Below, piece after piece: positions 18,838 through 27,475 of a stretch of DNA of 64,000 nucleotides. Under the pieces are notes generated by a model. It did not search any database, had not been told where the DNA came from, and worked only from the letters and a program-made list of their open reading frames with translations. Position numbers and translations under genes: made by a program. This DNA is from an uncultured delta proteobacterium. GTDB lineage: Bacteria; Myxococcota; Myxococcia; SLRQ01. Numbering within the stretch: the first letter of the stretch is position 1; each line of letters opens with the position of its first letter. The DNA is taken from contig CAVSGM010000001.1 of the NCBI GenBank assembly GCA_963727485.1, positions 704,001-768,000 on the forward strand, given 5' to 3'.

Positions 18838-20526
18838 TCACCCGTTGGGGAGGGTGCCGGCGGCGGGGGTGGGCGCGCCGGCGTCGGGCGAGAGCCGGGC
18901 CTCGAGGGCGCGGATCAGCGCGTCGGGCGAGAGCCGGCCGGCGCCCACCCGCTCGGAGAGGTCGTCGGGCGAGAGCCGGGTCCCCTCGGCCCAGAGGGCC
19001 GTGAGCAGGGGCCCGGTCCGGCTGTCGGCGAACCAGGTGGGGCCCACCTTCCGCCCCAGCCAGTCCTCGACCTCGGCGGCGAGGAACCAGGCCCGCAGCG
19101 TGTCGGTGCCGGCGAGGAGCGGGTCCCGGTCCAGGGCCCAGCGTGCCCGGTCCGGGGCCCCCAGGGCGAACTGGTAGGCGTCGCCCATCACCTCGCCGTA
19201 GAGCCGCGCCGGGGTCTGGCCCGGGGCGAGCTTCCCCTGGGCGAGGTCGAGCTCGAAGAGGAGCCGGCCGGCGAAGCGACGCACCAGGAAGAGCCGCTGG
19301 AGGGTCTCCACCTCCGAGAGGTGCGCCACCTCGGCGGCGGTGAGCCCCCCGAGGCTCCGGAGCCACGCCGGGTTCGCCATCAGCCCCGAGAAGAGCATCC
19401 CCCAGGCCTCGCTGGTCGCGCCTCCACCGAGCTGCTGGAAGGCGAAGGCGTCGCTGTGGACGTGGGCGTAGGCCTGGGCCCGGCCCATCTCGTGGAGCAG
19501 CGCCCCCTGGTCGGCGGCGCCGCCGACCGCCTTCACCGACACCCGCACGTCCCCGGGCACCGCCACCGGGAAGCACACCGGGCGCGCGGTCTTCCGGGGC
19601 CGGGCCTTGGTGTCCACCGTGATGTGCCCCCCGCCGTCCTCCGAGAGCCCCATCGCCTTGAAGGTGGCCACCATCCGCGGCACCACCTTCGCCGCCGGGA
19701 ACGCCGTGTCGAGGCTGGCGGTGCGGAAGAGCCGGGGCACGTCGGCGCGGGTGAGCTTGTCGAGGCCATAGCCCAGGCGCCGGGTCGCCACCCGCTCCAG
19801 GGCCGCCCGGTAGACGTCCCGGGTCCGGGCCAGCAGGTCCTTCGCCTGCTTCGCGAGCCGGTAGGGGTCGGCCTGGCGGAGCTCGGCGGCGAAGGGCAGG
19901 GTGCCCTCGTAGCCCAGGTCCTTGACCACCCGCGCGGTGATCTTCGCCTTCTCGGCGAAGAGCGGGGCCAGCTTGGCCACCACCGGCCCGGCGGCGTCGT
20001 AGAGCTGGCGCCGCTCCGCGGGATCCGTCTCCGAGGCCAGGAGCCGCCCGAGGTCACGGTAGGGGATGTCCTGGCCGCCCACGTGGAGCAGGGCGCTCGC
20101 CTCCACCTGGGCAATCTGGCGGTGGATCGGCGCCAGGGCCCGGGCCAGGTTCTCCCCCATCAGGTAGTCGCGGAGGTCCCGGAGGGCGAGGCGGCGCGCC
20201 GGGTCCTTGGCCTGGGATCGCGCCCGGGCCACCACCTCGATGCTCGCCTTGGAGAAGAGCGCCCGGTGGCCGTGGTAGGTGGCCGAGAGGCGCGCCGGAT
20301 CCCCGAAGGCCCAGGCCCGCCAGTAGAGCTTCGCCTGGGTGGCGATGAGGCCCTGGGCCTCGGTCTCCAGGGCCCGGGCCACGACCGGCGCCGGGGGCTT
20401 CGGCACCGGGGGGGGCGGCTTCGGACCGCCGGCCTGGGGCGTCCTCGGGCAGCCGGTCAGGAGGAGGGCCGCGAGGGCCAGGAGCGGCGCGAGGGGCGGG
20501 ACGGATTGCAGGGGGGCGCGTGGCAT
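18838..20526 (-). CDS. Lipoprotein, M3/gluzincin peptidase-like with degenerate HExxH
   Basis: LLLTGC lipobox; RPRKTARPVCFPV; LLHEMGR; downstream SEAWG. Confidence 0.7.
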   Translation of the reverse strand: MPRAPLQSVPPLAPLLALAALLLTGCPRTPQAGGPKPPPPVPKPPAPVVARALETEAQGLIATQAKLYWRAWAFGDPARLSATYHGHRALFSKASIEVVARARSQAKDPARRLALRDLRDYLMGENLARALAPIHRQIAQVEASALLHVGGQDIPYRDLGRLLASETDPAERRQLYDAAGPVVAKLAPLFAEKAKITARVVKDLGYEGTLPFAAELRQADPYRLAKQAKDLLARTRDVYRAALERVATRRLGYGLDKLTRADVPRLFRTASLDTAFPAAKVVPRMVATFKAMGLSEDGGGHITVDTKARPRKTARPVCFPVAVPGDVRVSVKAVGGAADQGALLHEMGRAQAYAHVHSDAFAFQQLGGGATSEAWGMLFSGLMANPAWLRSLGGLTAAEVAHLSEVETLQRLFLVRRFAGRLLFELDLAQGKLAPGQTPARLYGEVMGDAYQFALGAPDRARWALDRDPLLAGTDTLRAWFLAAEVEDWLGRKVGPTWFADSRTGPLLTALWAEGTRLSPDDLSERVGAGRLSPDALIRALEARLSPDAGAPTPAAGTLPNG

Positions 20527-20590
20527 CGCCGGGATGCTACCAGACGACCGGGAGGGGACCGAACGTCCTGCCGTGGTATGTGCACGGGCC

Positions 20591-21733
20591 ATGAACCTCC
20601 GCGACGCCGCCCGGGCCCGCGCCCGGATGAACCAGGCCCTCCGCGCCGGCCTCGACACCCTGGGCTACCTCGAGGTGGAGACCCCGGCGCTGGTCCCCGC
20701 CCCGGGGATGGAGCCCCACATCCGCGCCTTCGAGACCCGCCTCGACCTCGAGGAGGTGGGCCGGCCCCCGCTCGCCCTCTACCTCCACACCAGCCCCGAG
20801 TACGCGATGAAGCGCCTCCTGGCGGCGGGGCTCGAGCGCATCTACCACCTGGGCCACGTGTTCCGCGCCGAGCCCCCCTCGGCGACCCACAACCCCGAGT
20901 TCACCCTCCTCGAGCTCTACCGGAGCCCGGGCGACGACCGCACCGTGATGGCCGACCTCGAGGTCCTCCTCCGGGACCTCTGCCGCGCCTTCACCGGGGG
21001 CGACCTCCTCCCCGGGGGGACCTCCCTCGCCGTGCCCTTCGAGCGGGTCACCGTCCGGGAGGCCTTCCGTGCGGCGACCGGCGTGGATCTCGCCGAGTGC
21101 CCGCCCCCCGACCCGGCGCCCCTGGCCGCGGCGCTGGCCGACCGCGCCGGGATCCACGCCGCCCCCGGGGACGACTGGGACACCGTCTTCTTCCGCGCCT
21201 TCCTCGACCGGGTGGAGCCGGCCCTCGGCCGGGAACGCGCCACCTACCTCACCGACTACCCCGCCCACATGGCCGCCCTCTCGCGCCTGCGCACGGACGA
21301 CCCGCGGTGGGCCGCCCGCTTCGAGCTCTACGCCGGGGGCACCGAGCTCGCCAACGGCTTCTACGAGCTCGCCGACGCCGCCGAGCAGCGCCGGCGCCTC
21401 GTCGCCGAGCAGGACGAACGGCGCCGGGCCGGGGCCGAGGTCTACCCTCTCGACGAGGCCTTCCTCGACGCCGTGGGCCGCCTCCCCGAGGCCGGAGGCG
21501 TCGCCGTGGGCATGGACCGGGTCCTGATGCTGCTCACCGGCGCCGCCGCCATCGACGAGGTGGTGCTCTTCCCGGTGCACCGTTACCCCGGGGCGTCGTC
21601 GAGGCGCGGGCGGGCGCCTGCTGGCGTCACGCCTTCTGGCACCGGGGGCAGTAGAACGTGGTGCGGCCGCCCTGGGGGAGCGTGCCGGATCCGCCCCCGG
21701 CACCGCGGGCACCGCGCCCCGGCCCGGTCGTAG
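20591..21733 (+). CDS. epmA: EF-P lysine aminoacylase (GenX/EpmA)
   Basis: EVETP, LHTSPEYAMKRLL, HNPEFTLLE, RFELY, ELANG, GVAVGMDR. The 3' end is uncertain because it overlaps the frameshifted mutM end. Confidence 0.9.
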   Translation: MNLRDAARARARMNQALRAGLDTLGYLEVETPALVPAPGMEPHIRAFETRLDLEEVGRPPLALYLHTSPEYAMKRLLAAGLERIYHLGHVFRAEPPSATHNPEFTLLELYRSPGDDRTVMADLEVLLRDLCRAFTGGDLLPGGTSLAVPFERVTVREAFRAATGVDLAECPPPDPAPLAAALADRAGIHAAPGDDWDTVFFRAFLDRVEPALGRERATYLTDYPAHMAALSRLRTDDPRWAARFELYAGGTELANGFYELADAAEQRRRLVAEQDERRRAGAEVYPLDEAFLDAVGRLPEAGGVAVGMDRVLMLLTGAAAIDEVVLFPVHRYPGASSRRGRAPAGVTPSGTGGSRTWCGRPGGACRIRPRHRGHRAPARS

Positions 21734-22446
21734 ACCCGGAAGAGGTTCTGCACCCCGTCGCCGTCGGTGAGGTAGGAGACCTCGTCGCCATCGATCTCGG
21801 CGATGGTGTCCCGCAGGGTGCGCAGGATCCCCCGGCGCAGGCGCCGGAGGGCCTCGTCGTCGAGGTGCCCCGCCGGGGTCCGCGGATCGATGCGCGCGAG
21901 CCACAGGGCCTCGGCGGCCTGGATGTTCCCGAGCCCGGCGAGGCGCCCCTGATCCATGAGCGCCGGCTTCACCGGCCGCGACGAGCCGCGCAGGGCCTCG
22001 CGGAGGGTGCGCACGGTGAACCGGTCGGCGAGGGGATCGGGGCCCAGCGACGCCCAGTCGTCCCGGGCCTCGAGGGCGTCCACCGGCGCCGCGACCAGCC
22101 GACCCAGGAGCCGCGTGCTCACGTAGTGGACGTGCTGCCCGTCGTCGAGGTGGAGGGTCGCCCGGGTTCGCGGCGGGGTGTCGGTGCCCGCCCGGCGGCG
22201 CAGGAGGCGCCCGGTCATCCCCAGGTGCACCAGGATCCCCTCGCCCCCGTCGAGGACCACCAGGAGGTACTTTCCCCGCCGGGTCACCGCCTCGATCCGG
22301 TGGCCCTTCACCCGCCGGCTGAACCCCGCCGCCGAGGTGTCCCGGAACACCCGGCAGGCGGCGGCGTGGGCCTCGACGATCAGGTGACCCCGGGCCCAGC
22401 GCTCCAGGTTCCGCCGGGCGATCTCGACCTCGGGAAGCTCGGGCAA
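21627..22446 (-). CDS. mutM: Formamidopyrimidine-DNA glycosylase, frameshifted in the zinc finger near 21684
   Basis: PELPEVE N-terminus, RRGKYL, HLGMTG, GLGNI. CPRC followed, after removing one base, by TLPQGGRTTFYCPRCQKA-stop at 21627. Confidence 0.9.
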
Positions 22447-22449
22447 GCG

Positions 22450-23625
22450 CTAGTCCACCCGCCGGAGCACGATGCACTTGAGGTAGCCGGTCTCGGGCAC
22501 GCCGAGGAGGACCGGGTGGTCCCGGCCCGCGCCCCGGCGCTCCAGGACCTGCACCCGGCGGCCGGCGTCGCCGGAGGCGGAGAGGACCGTGTCCAGGAGG
22601 CGCTCCTCGTCCATGTGGTAGCTGCAGGAGCAGGTGATCGGCCGCCCGCCGGGGGCGAGCATCTGCAGGGCCCGGAGGTTGACCTCCTTGTAGCCCCGGG
22701 TCGCCGCGTCCAGGGAGCGCTTGTTCCGGGCGAAGGCCGGCGGGTCGAGGACGATGAGGTCGAAGCGCTCACCCTCCACCGAACGCGCCTTGAGCCAGTC
22801 GAAGGCGTTGGCGGCGACCACCTCGAGCTTCAGGTCGTTGCGCTCGGCGGCCTGCCGGGCCTCGGCCACCGCCTGATCGCTGATGTCCACCGCCGTCACC
22901 CGCCCCCCGGCCCGGGCGAGGTTGAGGGCGAAGCCGCCGCCGTAGGTGAACACGTCGAGGCAGCGGTCGCCCTCGCGCACGTAGCCCGCCGCCGCCGCCC
23001 GGTTCTCCCGCTGGTCGAGGAAGCCGCCGGTCTTCTGCCCCTCCACCGGGTCGACCACCAGCGTCACCCCGTTCTCCTCGAAGACGATCTCGCCGGGCGC
23101 CTCGCCCCGGACCACGCCCTTGGTCAGGGCCAGGCCCTCATGGGTGCGGACCTTGGCGTCGTTGCGCTCGATGAGGCACCGGGGTGAGAGCCGCGCCTCC
23201 AGGAGCCGGACCCAGAGGTCCTTGTGCGCCTCCATCCCCTGGTTGAGGGTCTGGAACACCACCACGTCCCGGTAGCGGTCGACCACCAGGCCCGGGAGCA
23301 GGTCCCCCTCGCTGTGGACCAGGCGCAGGGCCTCCACCGAGTCGCCGTAGAGGCGCGCCCGGAGGTCGATGGCCGCGTCGAGGCGCGCGGCGAAGAACGC
23401 CTCGTCGACGGGGACGTCCTCGAGGGTGAGCATCCGCAGGGTGATCTGCGAGGTCTGGGAGTAGAGGGCGCGGCCCACGTGCCACCCCCGGCCGTCGACC
23501 ACCCGGACCACGTCGCCGGGGGAGACGTCGTCGGTGCGGCGGACGTCGGAGCGGTAGATCCACAAGTGGCCACGGCGGATGCGGTCCAGACCGCGCCGGG
23601 TGACCTCGGCGGTGGGCTCGGGCAT
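22450..23625 (-). CDS. rlmI: RlmI-like class I SAM-dependent rRNA methyltransferase
   Basis: PUA start GHLWIYRSD, GQKTGGFLDQREN, LDVFTYGGGF, VLDPPAF, TCSCS. Confidence 0.85.
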   Translation of the reverse strand: MPEPTAEVTRRGLDRIRRGHLWIYRSDVRRTDDVSPGDVVRVVDGRGWHVGRALYSQTSQITLRMLTLEDVPVDEAFFAARLDAAIDLRARLYGDSVEALRLVHSEGDLLPGLVVDRYRDVVVFQTLNQGMEAHKDLWVRLLEARLSPRCLIERNDAKVRTHEGLALTKGVVRGEAPGEIVFEENGVTLVVDPVEGQKTGGFLDQRENRAAAAGYVREGDRCLDVFTYGGGFALNLARAGGRVTAVDISDQAVAEARQAAERNDLKLEVVAANAFDWLKARSVEGERFDLIVLDPPAFARNKRSLDAATRGYKEVNLRALQMLAPGGRPITCSCSYHMDEERLLDTVLSASGDAGRRVQVLERRGAGRDHPVLLGVPETGYLKCIVLRRVD

Positions 23626-23640
23626 GAGCGGAGGGCTCCC

Positions 23641-24489
23641 TCAGAAGTCGATCTGCCGGTCCACGCGCACCCGTCCCGCCTCCTCGCGGACGGTGCAGCC
23701 GGCGAGCCGGGCGTCGTGGCCGAAGAAGAGGATCCACCCCTCCTCGAGGGCCTGGGCGAGGATTTGCTTCTTCTCCTCGATGACCGTGAGGGGGTAGAGG
23801 TCGTAGCCCATCCCCCAGGCGGGGCCGAGGTGGGCGGCGGTGGGGATGACGTCGGCCGGGTGGAGGAGGGTGCCGGCGCCGTCGGAGATGCGGACCAGCT
23901 GCTGGCCCACCGTGTGGCCCTCGCTGGTGAGGAGGGTGAGGCCCTCGAGCATCTCGGTCTCGCCCTCGATGAAGTGGACCCGGCCGCTCTCCTCGAGGGC
24001 CTCGAGGTCGTCGGGGCGGTAGCTGCGGGCGTCCCGCTCGCTGGGGGTGTGGGCCCACTTCCAGTTCCGGCGCTGCACGTGGTGGTTGGCCCGGGGGAAG
24101 GTGAGGCGCAGGCGGCCGTCGTCGCCCACGCGGGTCAGCCCCCCGGCGTGGTCCCAGTGGAAGTGGGTGACGATGACGTCGGTGATGGAGTCGGGGTCGA
24201 CGCCTGCGGTCCGAAGCGACGCGGTGAGGTCGAGCTCGGGGTCGATGCGGTAGATGGCCCGGGCCGCGTCGCCCCACCGGTCGCCGGGACCGGCGTCGAC
24301 CAGGATGCGGCGGTCGTCGACGTCGACCAGGAGGCTCCGGGCCACCAGGCGCACCCGGTTGGCATCGTCCGGCGCCATCTCCTGGGACCACAGGGGCCGG
24401 GGCACCAGGCCGAAGAGGGCACCCCCGTCGAGGGCGAAGGACCCGGCGATCACCTCGCGAAGCTGGAATCGGCCGAGAGTCAGCGCCAT
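23641..24489 (-). CDS. MBL-fold metallo-hydrolase
   Basis: LDGGALFG, THFHWDHAGG, GHTVG, FFGHD. Confidence 0.9.
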   Translation of the reverse strand: MALTLGRFQLREVIAGSFALDGGALFGLVPRPLWSQEMAPDDANRVRLVARSLLVDVDDRRILVDAGPGDRWGDAARAIYRIDPELDLTASLRTAGVDPDSITDVIVTHFHWDHAGGLTRVGDDGRLRLTFPRANHHVQRRNWKWAHTPSERDARSYRPDDLEALEESGRVHFIEGETEMLEGLTLLTSEGHTVGQQLVRISDGAGTLLHPADVIPTAAHLGPAWGMGYDLYPLTVIEEKKQILAQALEEGWILFFGHDARLAGCTVREEAGRVRVDRQIDF

Positions 24490-24519
24490 GACGACCTCAC
24501 CCTAACCTATAATGTCGCC

Positions 24520-25182
24520 GTGGCCTACGTGCTCGACATCCGGATCGGTGAGGACGGCAAAGACGGCGAGGCGGTGGCGACGGCGCTCGCCGACGGCCTC
24601 GCCGAGCACGGCACCGTGGCGCCGGACGACACCGGCTTCTCCTTCGTCACCGGGGGCACCCGCCTCCGGGTGGTGCGCACCCGGGACGAGGCCGGAGAGG
24701 TCGACGGCGTCGACGTGGAGATCCCCTACGGCGCGGTGGAGGTCGAGGTGGCCGAGGCCCTCGACTGGATCCTCGACGTCACCGCCGACCGGGGCGACCG
24801 GGTCTTCGACCCCCAGCTCGGGCGTGGGGTCCACGCCGGGGAGACCGGGGCGGTCCTCGCCTCCTTCGTCGCCGCCTCGAGCTACGCGGTGAACTACGCC
24901 GGGCAGGTGGAGGACGCCCGGGCCGGGGTGGCGAGCGTCGCCGAGCCCGGGCGCTCCCGGACCCAGGTCAAGGTCCTGGGCGGGGTGGCGGTCCTCATCG
25001 TGGCCCTCTGGCTCCTCTTCCAGTCCTGCGTGGTCGGGCCCATGACCCGGGCGCTCTCACCCTCGGCGGCCGACGGCACCCTGGATGGCGGGCCGCCTCC
25101 GGGGTGGATGGCGGCGCACCCCACCGTCCTCTCCCCCGGCTCGGTCAAGGTCCGCGCGGCCGACCCGGACGGCGGCCGGTAA
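24520..25182 (+). CDS. Hypothetical membrane-anchored protein
   Basis: GC-biased frame from GTG 6 nt after TATAAT; acidic N-domain, one TM helix. Confidence 0.7.
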   Translation: MAYVLDIRIGEDGKDGEAVATALADGLAEHGTVAPDDTGFSFVTGGTRLRVVRTRDEAGEVDGVDVEIPYGAVEVEVAEALDWILDVTADRGDRVFDPQLGRGVHAGETGAVLASFVAASSYAVNYAGQVEDARAGVASVAEPGRSRTQVKVLGGVAVLIVALWLLFQSCVVGPMTRALSPSAADGTLDGGPPPGWMAAHPTVLSPGSVKVRAADPDGGR

Positions 25183-25345
25183 TCGGGTGCCGGGGCGGGC
25201 GGGGCCCGGCGGCGTCGCGCCCGAAGAGGGCGGACCGGAGGAGGGCCTCGGCGAGGACCCGGGGGGACACGAGGTAGCGTCCCTCCCGCACCGCCCTGGC
25301 CAGGGCGGGGTGGACTCGGACGCGGGACGCGGCTGGGTTGGCCAT
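25145..25345 (-). CDS. flgM: Minimal FlgM-like anti-sigma-28 factor (66 aa)
   Basis: LARAVREGRYLVSPRVLAEALL resembles the FlgM C-terminal sigma-binding consensus; AGGAGG RBS; directly downstream of fliA; sigma-28 promoter. Confidence 0.7.
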   Translation of the reverse strand: MANPAASRVRVHPALARAVREGRYLVSPRVLAEALLRSALFGRDAAGPRPPRHPITGRRPGRPRGP

Positions 25346-25352
25346 GCCTCCT

Positions 25353-25379
25353 CCATCGGAAGGCCGGGCCGGGCCTTTA
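25353..25379 (-). promoter_or_regulatory. Sigma-28 (FliA) type promoter
   Basis: Minus strand TAAA-N15-TCCGATGG versus consensus TAAA-N15-GCCGATAA, just upstream of the flgM-like ATG. Confidence 0.7.
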
Positions 25380-25391
25380 GCCGCGGGGGGC

Positions 25392-26111
25392 TCAGGCGGC
25401 GGTCCGCCCGGCCTCCTCGGCCGCGTCGCCGGCGAGGCGGTCCCGGAGCGCCCGGAGGGCGGCGGTGTGGATCTGGCAGACCCGGGACTCGGTGACCCCG
25501 AGGAGCTCCCCAATCTCCCGGAGGCGCAGCTCTTCCAGGTAGTAGAGCGAGAGCACCAGCCGGGGCCGCTCGGCGAGGCCCTCGAGGGCGGCGGCGACCT
25601 GGCCCCGCACCTCCTCGGCGAGGAGGCGGTCGTCGGCGCCGGCGTCGGGGCTGGCGAGGGCCCGGGCGACCCGGCTGCCGGTCCCCTCGTCCATCCCCAG
25701 GTCGTCGAGGGAGACGGTGCGCAGGGACTGGGCGGCGGCGACCCGCCCGTGGAGGGTGCCCAGGTCGATGCCCAGGGCGCCGGCGACCTCCTCGGCCTCG
25801 GGGGTCCGGCCCAGGCGGTGGCCGAGGCTCCGGGCGGTCTCGTCGACCTCCCGGCGGAGGCGGCGGGCGCCCCGGCTCGAGGGGGCCAGGGCCCGCAGCG
25901 TGTCGAGCATGGCCCCGCGCACCCGGGGGCGGGCGAAGTCGGCGAAGCTCACCCCCCGGTGGGGGTCGTAGCGGCCGGCGGCCTCGACCAGGCCGAGCCG
26001 GCCGGCGCTGACCAGCTCGTCGAGGTCCGCCGGCGGGGGGAGACGGGCGGCGAGGCTGCGGGCCATCGCCTCGACCATGGGGAGCTGGGCCACGAGATCC
26101 GGTGCGTGCAT
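25392..26111 (-). CDS. fliA: FliA/WhiG family sigma factor
   Basis: DELVSAGRLGLVEAAGRYDP, RVRGAMLDTLR, LYYLEELRLREIGELLGVTESRVCQIH. Start at 26111 follows GGAGG; alternative start 26123. Confidence 0.9.
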   Translation of the reverse strand: MHAPDLVAQLPMVEAMARSLAARLPPPADLDELVSAGRLGLVEAAGRYDPHRGVSFADFARPRVRGAMLDTLRALAPSSRGARRLRREVDETARSLGHRLGRTPEAEEVAGALGIDLGTLHGRVAAAQSLRTVSLDDLGMDEGTGSRVARALASPDAGADDRLLAEEVRGQVAAALEGLAERPRLVLSLYYLEELRLREIGELLGVTESRVCQIHTAALRALRDRLAGDAAEEAGRTAA

Positions 26112-26138
26112 GACGACCTCCATGGGTCGTCTGGGATC

Positions 26139-26153
26139 TCAAGAGGCGTGCCA
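26139..26153 (-). promoter_or_regulatory. Sigma-54-like -24/-12 promoter
   Basis: Minus strand TGGCACGCCTCTTGA versus TGGCAC-N5-TTGC, upstream of fliA. Confidence 0.5.
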
Positions 26154-26289
26154 GGGCCGCGGCGCTGACAGACTGCCCGGATTCCGGGGGGTTGGGGACG
26201 AGGCCGGGGCGCCGGGGGGTCACGCCGGCGAGGTCATCGGTGACTCGGGGGGTCGGTGGCGACCCGGCCCGGCGGCACCCGGTCGCCCC

Positions 26290-27432
26290 CTACGCCGCGT
26301 CGAGGGCCTGGGCCAGGTCGGCCTGCAGATCCTCGAGGGCCTCGATGCCCACCGAGAGGCGCACCAGCCCGTCGCTGATCCCGAGCCGCGCCCGCTGCTC
26401 CGCGGGCACCGAGGCGTGGGTCATGATCGCCGGGTGCTCGATGAGGCTCTCGACCCCGCCGAGGCTCTCGGCCAGGGCGAAGACCTTGCAGGCCGAGAGG
26501 AAGCGCCGGCTCGACTCGAGGCCACCGGCGAGCCGGGCGGTGATCATGCCGCCGAAGCCGCGCATCTGCCGCTTCGCCACCTCGTGCTGGGGGTGGCTCT
26601 CGAGCCCCGGGTAGATGACCGCCTCGACCTTGGGGTGCGCGGCGAGCCAGCCGGCGAGGTGCCCGGCGTTCTCCAGGTGGCGCTGCATCCGCACGTGGAG
26701 GGTCTTGAGGCCGCGGAGCACCAGGAAGCTGTCCATGGGGCTGGGGACCGCGCCCACCGAGTTCTGGATGAAGGCCAGCCGGTCGCGCAGCTCGGCGCTG
26801 CTCGTGACCAGCGCCCCGCCGACCACGTCCGAGTGGCCGTTGAGGTACTTGGTGGTGGAGTGGACCACGATGTCCGCCCCGTGCTCCAGGGGCCGCTGGA
26901 TGTAGGGGGTCATGAAGGTGTTGTCCACGACCATCAGGGCCCCGTGGGCCTTCGCCGCCTTCGCCACCGCCTCGAGGTCGACGATCTTGAGCAGGGGGTT
27001 GGTCGGCGTCTCCACCCACACCAGCTTCGTCTTGTCGGTGAACGCCGCCTCCAGGGCCGCGGGGTCGGTGAGGTCGGCGAAGGTGAAGTCGATGCCGTGG
27101 CGGCGCCAGACCTTGTCGAAGAGGCGGAAGGTGCCCCCGTAGACGTCGTCCATGCACACCACGTGGTCGCCGGCGTCGAGCAGGTGCATCACCGCGTCGG
27201 TGGTGGCGCAGCCGCTGGAGAACGCCAGCCCGTGGGCCCCGCCCTCCAGCGCCGCGATGCACCCCTCGAGGGCGAAGCGGGTGGGGTTCTGGGTCCGCGA
27301 GTACTCGAAGCCCTGGTGCTCCCCGGGGGACGCCTGCACGTAGGTGCTGGTGAGGTAGACCGGGGTCATGATGGCGCCGGTGGTCGGGTCGGGGGACTGG
27401 CCGGCGTGGATGGCCTTGGTGTCGAACTTCAT
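26290..27432 (-). CDS. Cystathionine gamma-lyase/synthase (PLP)
   Basis: MKFDTKAIHAG, EYSRTQNPTR, ETPTNP, VDNTF, HSTTKYLNGHSD, AESLGGVES. Confidence 0.93.
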   Translation of the reverse strand: MKFDTKAIHAGQSPDPTTGAIMTPVYLTSTYVQASPGEHQGFEYSRTQNPTRFALEGCIAALEGGAHGLAFSSGCATTDAVMHLLDAGDHVVCMDDVYGGTFRLFDKVWRRHGIDFTFADLTDPAALEAAFTDKTKLVWVETPTNPLLKIVDLEAVAKAAKAHGALMVVDNTFMTPYIQRPLEHGADIVVHSTTKYLNGHSDVVGGALVTSSAELRDRLAFIQNSVGAVPSPMDSFLVLRGLKTLHVRMQRHLENAGHLAGWLAAHPKVEAVIYPGLESHPQHEVAKRQMRGFGGMITARLAGGLESSRRFLSACKVFALAESLGGVESLIEHPAIMTHASVPAEQRARLGISDGLVRLSVGIEALEDLQADLAQALDAA

Positions 27433-27475
27433 GGGGGCTCCGTGGCGGCGCGGGGCGCGCCGGCGAGAGGCGACG

